Assembly (NCBI GenBank): GCA_051294905.1 | Contig: CM119371.1 | Coordinates: forward strand, 24,988,001 to 25,052,000 | Length of the DNA: 64,000 nt | Reading direction: 5' to 3' | Source of the DNA: Botryllus schlosseri | Taxonomy: Eukaryota | Shown: positions 63,001 to 64,000 of the stretch, piece after piece | How positions within the stretch are numbered: the first letter of the stretch is position 1 | Layout of the letters: the number at the start of each line of letters is the position of its first letter | Program-made: the position numbers and the translations under genes | The notes under the pieces: generated by a model | Told to the model about the DNA's origin: nothing | What the model saw: only the letters and a program-made list of their open reading frames with translations | Database searches by the model: none

Positions 63001-63611
63001 ATCGACGGAATGCATTATCTTGTTTTTGAGCAGTGATTCCCAACTTTGTTTCGACTAATCGTCCCCTTATTAACCCCGTCACAGATCACCCCAGATATAC
63101 GGATTGCAAAAAGAGGACATATAATCACGAAAATTATTCACCAAAGTATGATCGCTCGTGAATTTACTAAAAAAGGTCATATGCAGTGACCGTGAATCTA
63201 TTGACCGTGTAAACTAAGTATACCTGACTGTTCGTTCTAACATTCTCGCCCCGTATCACCCCCAGTCGTCCTCTTTGGTATTTTCGCCCCACCCTTATAC
63301 TCAAATTCGCCCTCTGTGGGGATATCGCCCCCCGTTGAAAATATGGAAAATTTTAGTAGCCTATACGCTATCACCTTTATTTTTCTGAGTCCTCGACACT
63401 TTTTAAAAAGGCTTGAAACAGTGCCATAAAATGTCAAATGTCTGAATCCATCACTCTTGCTACCAACTGTCCTTACCGTCGAATAGACATCTTTTCAGGT
63501 AATTCGGTGTTCGGAAACACGTCGCACACTAATTGCCAAAATATTTGCAGATACACCTGTACCGATGTGCCATATCAGGAGGTGTCAATCATTAGGGACT
63601 GTAAAAATCAG
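44975..63611 (+). CDS. Secreted-type Cys-rich LDLa-repeat protein, 3'-incomplete; likely N-terminus of an LDLa-LRR GPCR (GRL101-like)
   Basis: Phase-compatible exons 44975-45029, 46882-46972, 48350-48489, 53258-53348, 55036-55181, 56157-56192, 57791-57949, 58017-58101, 58674-58720, 60289-60324, 60586-60694, 62875-62970, 63551-63611; extra exons at 61.7-62.2 kb are possible but unresolved. Signal peptide plus CDG...C.D.(S/T)D(E/D) motifs. LRR/7TM parts are not in the window, so the GPCR call is inference. Confidence 0.75.
45973..46830. mobile_element. hAT (Buster-like) MITE, GAGCCATA family
   Basis: TIRs CAGTGGTCGGGAACCT / AGGTTCCCTACCGCTG; TSD acgtatag/acatatag. Confidence 0.85.
46882..46972 (+). 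CDS. LDLa exon (RNCSQNEFECRDEGTCIEVSEFCDGTKHC)
   Basis: Classic LDLa C-x6-C-x5-C-x6-CDG-x3-C pattern. Confidence 0.9.
48350..48489 (+). CDS. LDLa gene exon (DGSDE...CILPQYLDHDRSRLC)
   Basis: Completes the D.SDE motif across a phase-2 intron; gacag/gtaagt boundaries. Confidence 0.85.
49175..49990. mobile_element. hAT MITE, same family as 36175-37090
   Basis: Shared ends (GGGGTGGGCAAAC...GCTCGCGGGC; GGCCCGCGGGCCGTAGTTTGTCCAGCCCTG) and shared internal blocks. Confidence 0.75.
50447..52202. mobile_element. Non-autonomous hAT element with GTAATC/GATTAC subterminal repeats
   Basis: TIRs CAGACATGGGGT / ACCCCATGTCTG; perfect TSD CTTCTATC. An inverted partial copy starts at 55350. Confidence 0.9.
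52291..52830. mobile_element. MITE with GACTCGAGTC subterminal repeats
   Basis: CAGGGTTGTAAC start; many GAGTC/GACTC units at both ends; right TIR not resolved. Confidence 0.6.
53258..53348 (+). CDS. LDLa exon (TGCTEKEFACHDGSFCLRGDFFCDGRAQC)
   Basis: LDLa pattern; same 91-nt size and phases as 46882-46972. Confidence 0.9.
53712..54690. mobile_element. hAT (Ac-like) MITE with GAACCT/AGGTTC subterminal repeats
   Basis: TIRs TAGGGAGGGTGTGAAC / GTTCACACCATCCCTA; perfect TSD CTAGTAAC. Confidence 0.9.
55036..55181 (+). CDS. LDLa gene exon (DGTDD...QCLLREEYFCDGEGLCEQ)
   Basis: ttcag/gtaag boundaries; CDG motif. Confidence 0.85.
56157..56192 (+). CDS. LDLa gene small exon (DMDECSCGNDNQ)
   Basis: aacag/gtaat boundaries; completes the D.DEC.C motif. 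Confidence 0.75.
56379..57508. mobile_element. hAT MITE, same family as 45973-46830
   Basis: CAGTGGTCGGGAACCT / AGGTTCCCGACCACCG ends; collinear internal similarity. Confidence 0.8.
57791..57949 (+). CDS. LDLa exon (CFRCFKNSTTYIPISKLCDGAVDCPDLTDECLC...)
   Basis: CDG.VDC.DLTDEC LDLa motif. Confidence 0.88.
58017..58101 (+). CDS. Cys-containing exon of LDLa gene
   Basis: cacag/gtaagc boundaries, open frame, phase-compatible. Confidence 0.65.
58674..58720 (+). CDS. Small exon of LDLa gene (ANCSYEENVKHCQKT)
   Basis: ttacag/gtagg boundaries; phase 2/1. Confidence 0.65.
58776..59518 (+). mobile_element. Deletion-derivative DNA transposon with transposase C-terminal remnant
   Basis: Imperfect TIRs (TCATTAGGGCATTT / AAATTTCCCTTATGA) and GGTCAAAA subterminal repeats. 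59197-59310 reads QLQCCQPTTAAVERSFSILGKLLSKDRDF. Confidence 0.65.
60289..60324 (+). CDS. Small exon of LDLa gene (YSAPFCVFTDK)
   Basis: ttcag/gtaagt boundaries; phase 1/1. Confidence 0.6.
60586..60694 (+). CDS. Exon of LDLa gene (DAPDLIACDYLTDSESFSKCISDDNHC...)
   Basis: Strong polypyrimidine acceptor; gtaagt donor. Confidence 0.7.
60871..61387. mobile_element. hAT (Ac-like) MITE with TACTCGA subterminal repeats
   Basis: TIRs TAGGGCTGGGCA / TGCCCAGCCCTT; perfect TSD GTCACGAT. Confidence 0.88.
62875..62970 (+). CDS. Exon of LDLa gene (YPRPPAMNSSLRFRTCSVDYDPAKQSGSCLV)
   Basis: catag/gtaagt boundaries; phase 2/2. Confidence 0.6.
63551..63611 (+). CDS. Exon of LDLa gene (YTCTDVPYQEVSIIRDCKNQ)
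   Basis: ttgcag/gtaagt boundaries; phase 2/0. Confidence 0.55.
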
Positions 63612-64000
63612 GTAAGTATTCAGTAGCACCGAGACCGATATATATCACTATTCATTGCACTTGAATTTGAATAGGCATAAGCATCTCTTCAAGTATCGTA
63701 TAAAGATATGCGTATAGCGTGTAATAGTATCCCGTGATAAGGATTTCACAAGATGAGTTGTAAGTAATAATATATCACGAGTTTAATAAAGTAGTGAGTA
63801 GTGAGCGTTTCGTAGAACCTGATTTGAAATCTGTTTCAACTGGGGCTTGATATACCCTCAGTGACTCCAAATAGTGTTGAGTATTCGAATAACTCTCATA
63901 TTTATATGCTATAAAATCCGAGTAAAATGATATTTTTAATGAACATAGAAGTCGTATTCAGAGTAGAGCGAAACACATACTGAGTTGAGACGGAGTTTGT

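Overview
AT-rich, intron-rich, transposon-dense animal genomic DNA (inferred to be an invertebrate chordate, probably an ascidian/tunicate; not prokaryotic). I reconstructed two spliced + strand genes by reading GT-AG boundaries and codon phases. (1) About 4.66-29.3 kb: 16 visible exons that splice in frame into ONE protein of about 680 aa. It has TWO complete alpha-carbonic anhydrase domains, both keeping the full Zn-binding/catalytic motif set, followed by a transmembrane helix and a short cytoplasmic tail. The ATG-bearing first exon was not found and is probably upstream of the window. (2) From 44975 to beyond the window end: a signal-peptide, Cys-rich protein with atypical LDL-receptor class A repeats, probably the N-terminus of an LDLa-LRR-GPCR (GRL101-like). 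Introns and intergenic DNA contain many non-autonomous hAT elements with 8-bp TSDs (some nested), a Tc1/mariner-type MITE, a near-perfect 616-bp palindromic element with a 7-bp TSD, truncated CR1/L2-type LINEs and tRNA-derived SINEs. There is also a GC-richer 2-kb hAT-like element whose decayed transposase resembles, from memory, a family I know mainly from oomycetes, red algae and mosses. No rRNA, genuine tRNA or CRISPR array was seen.
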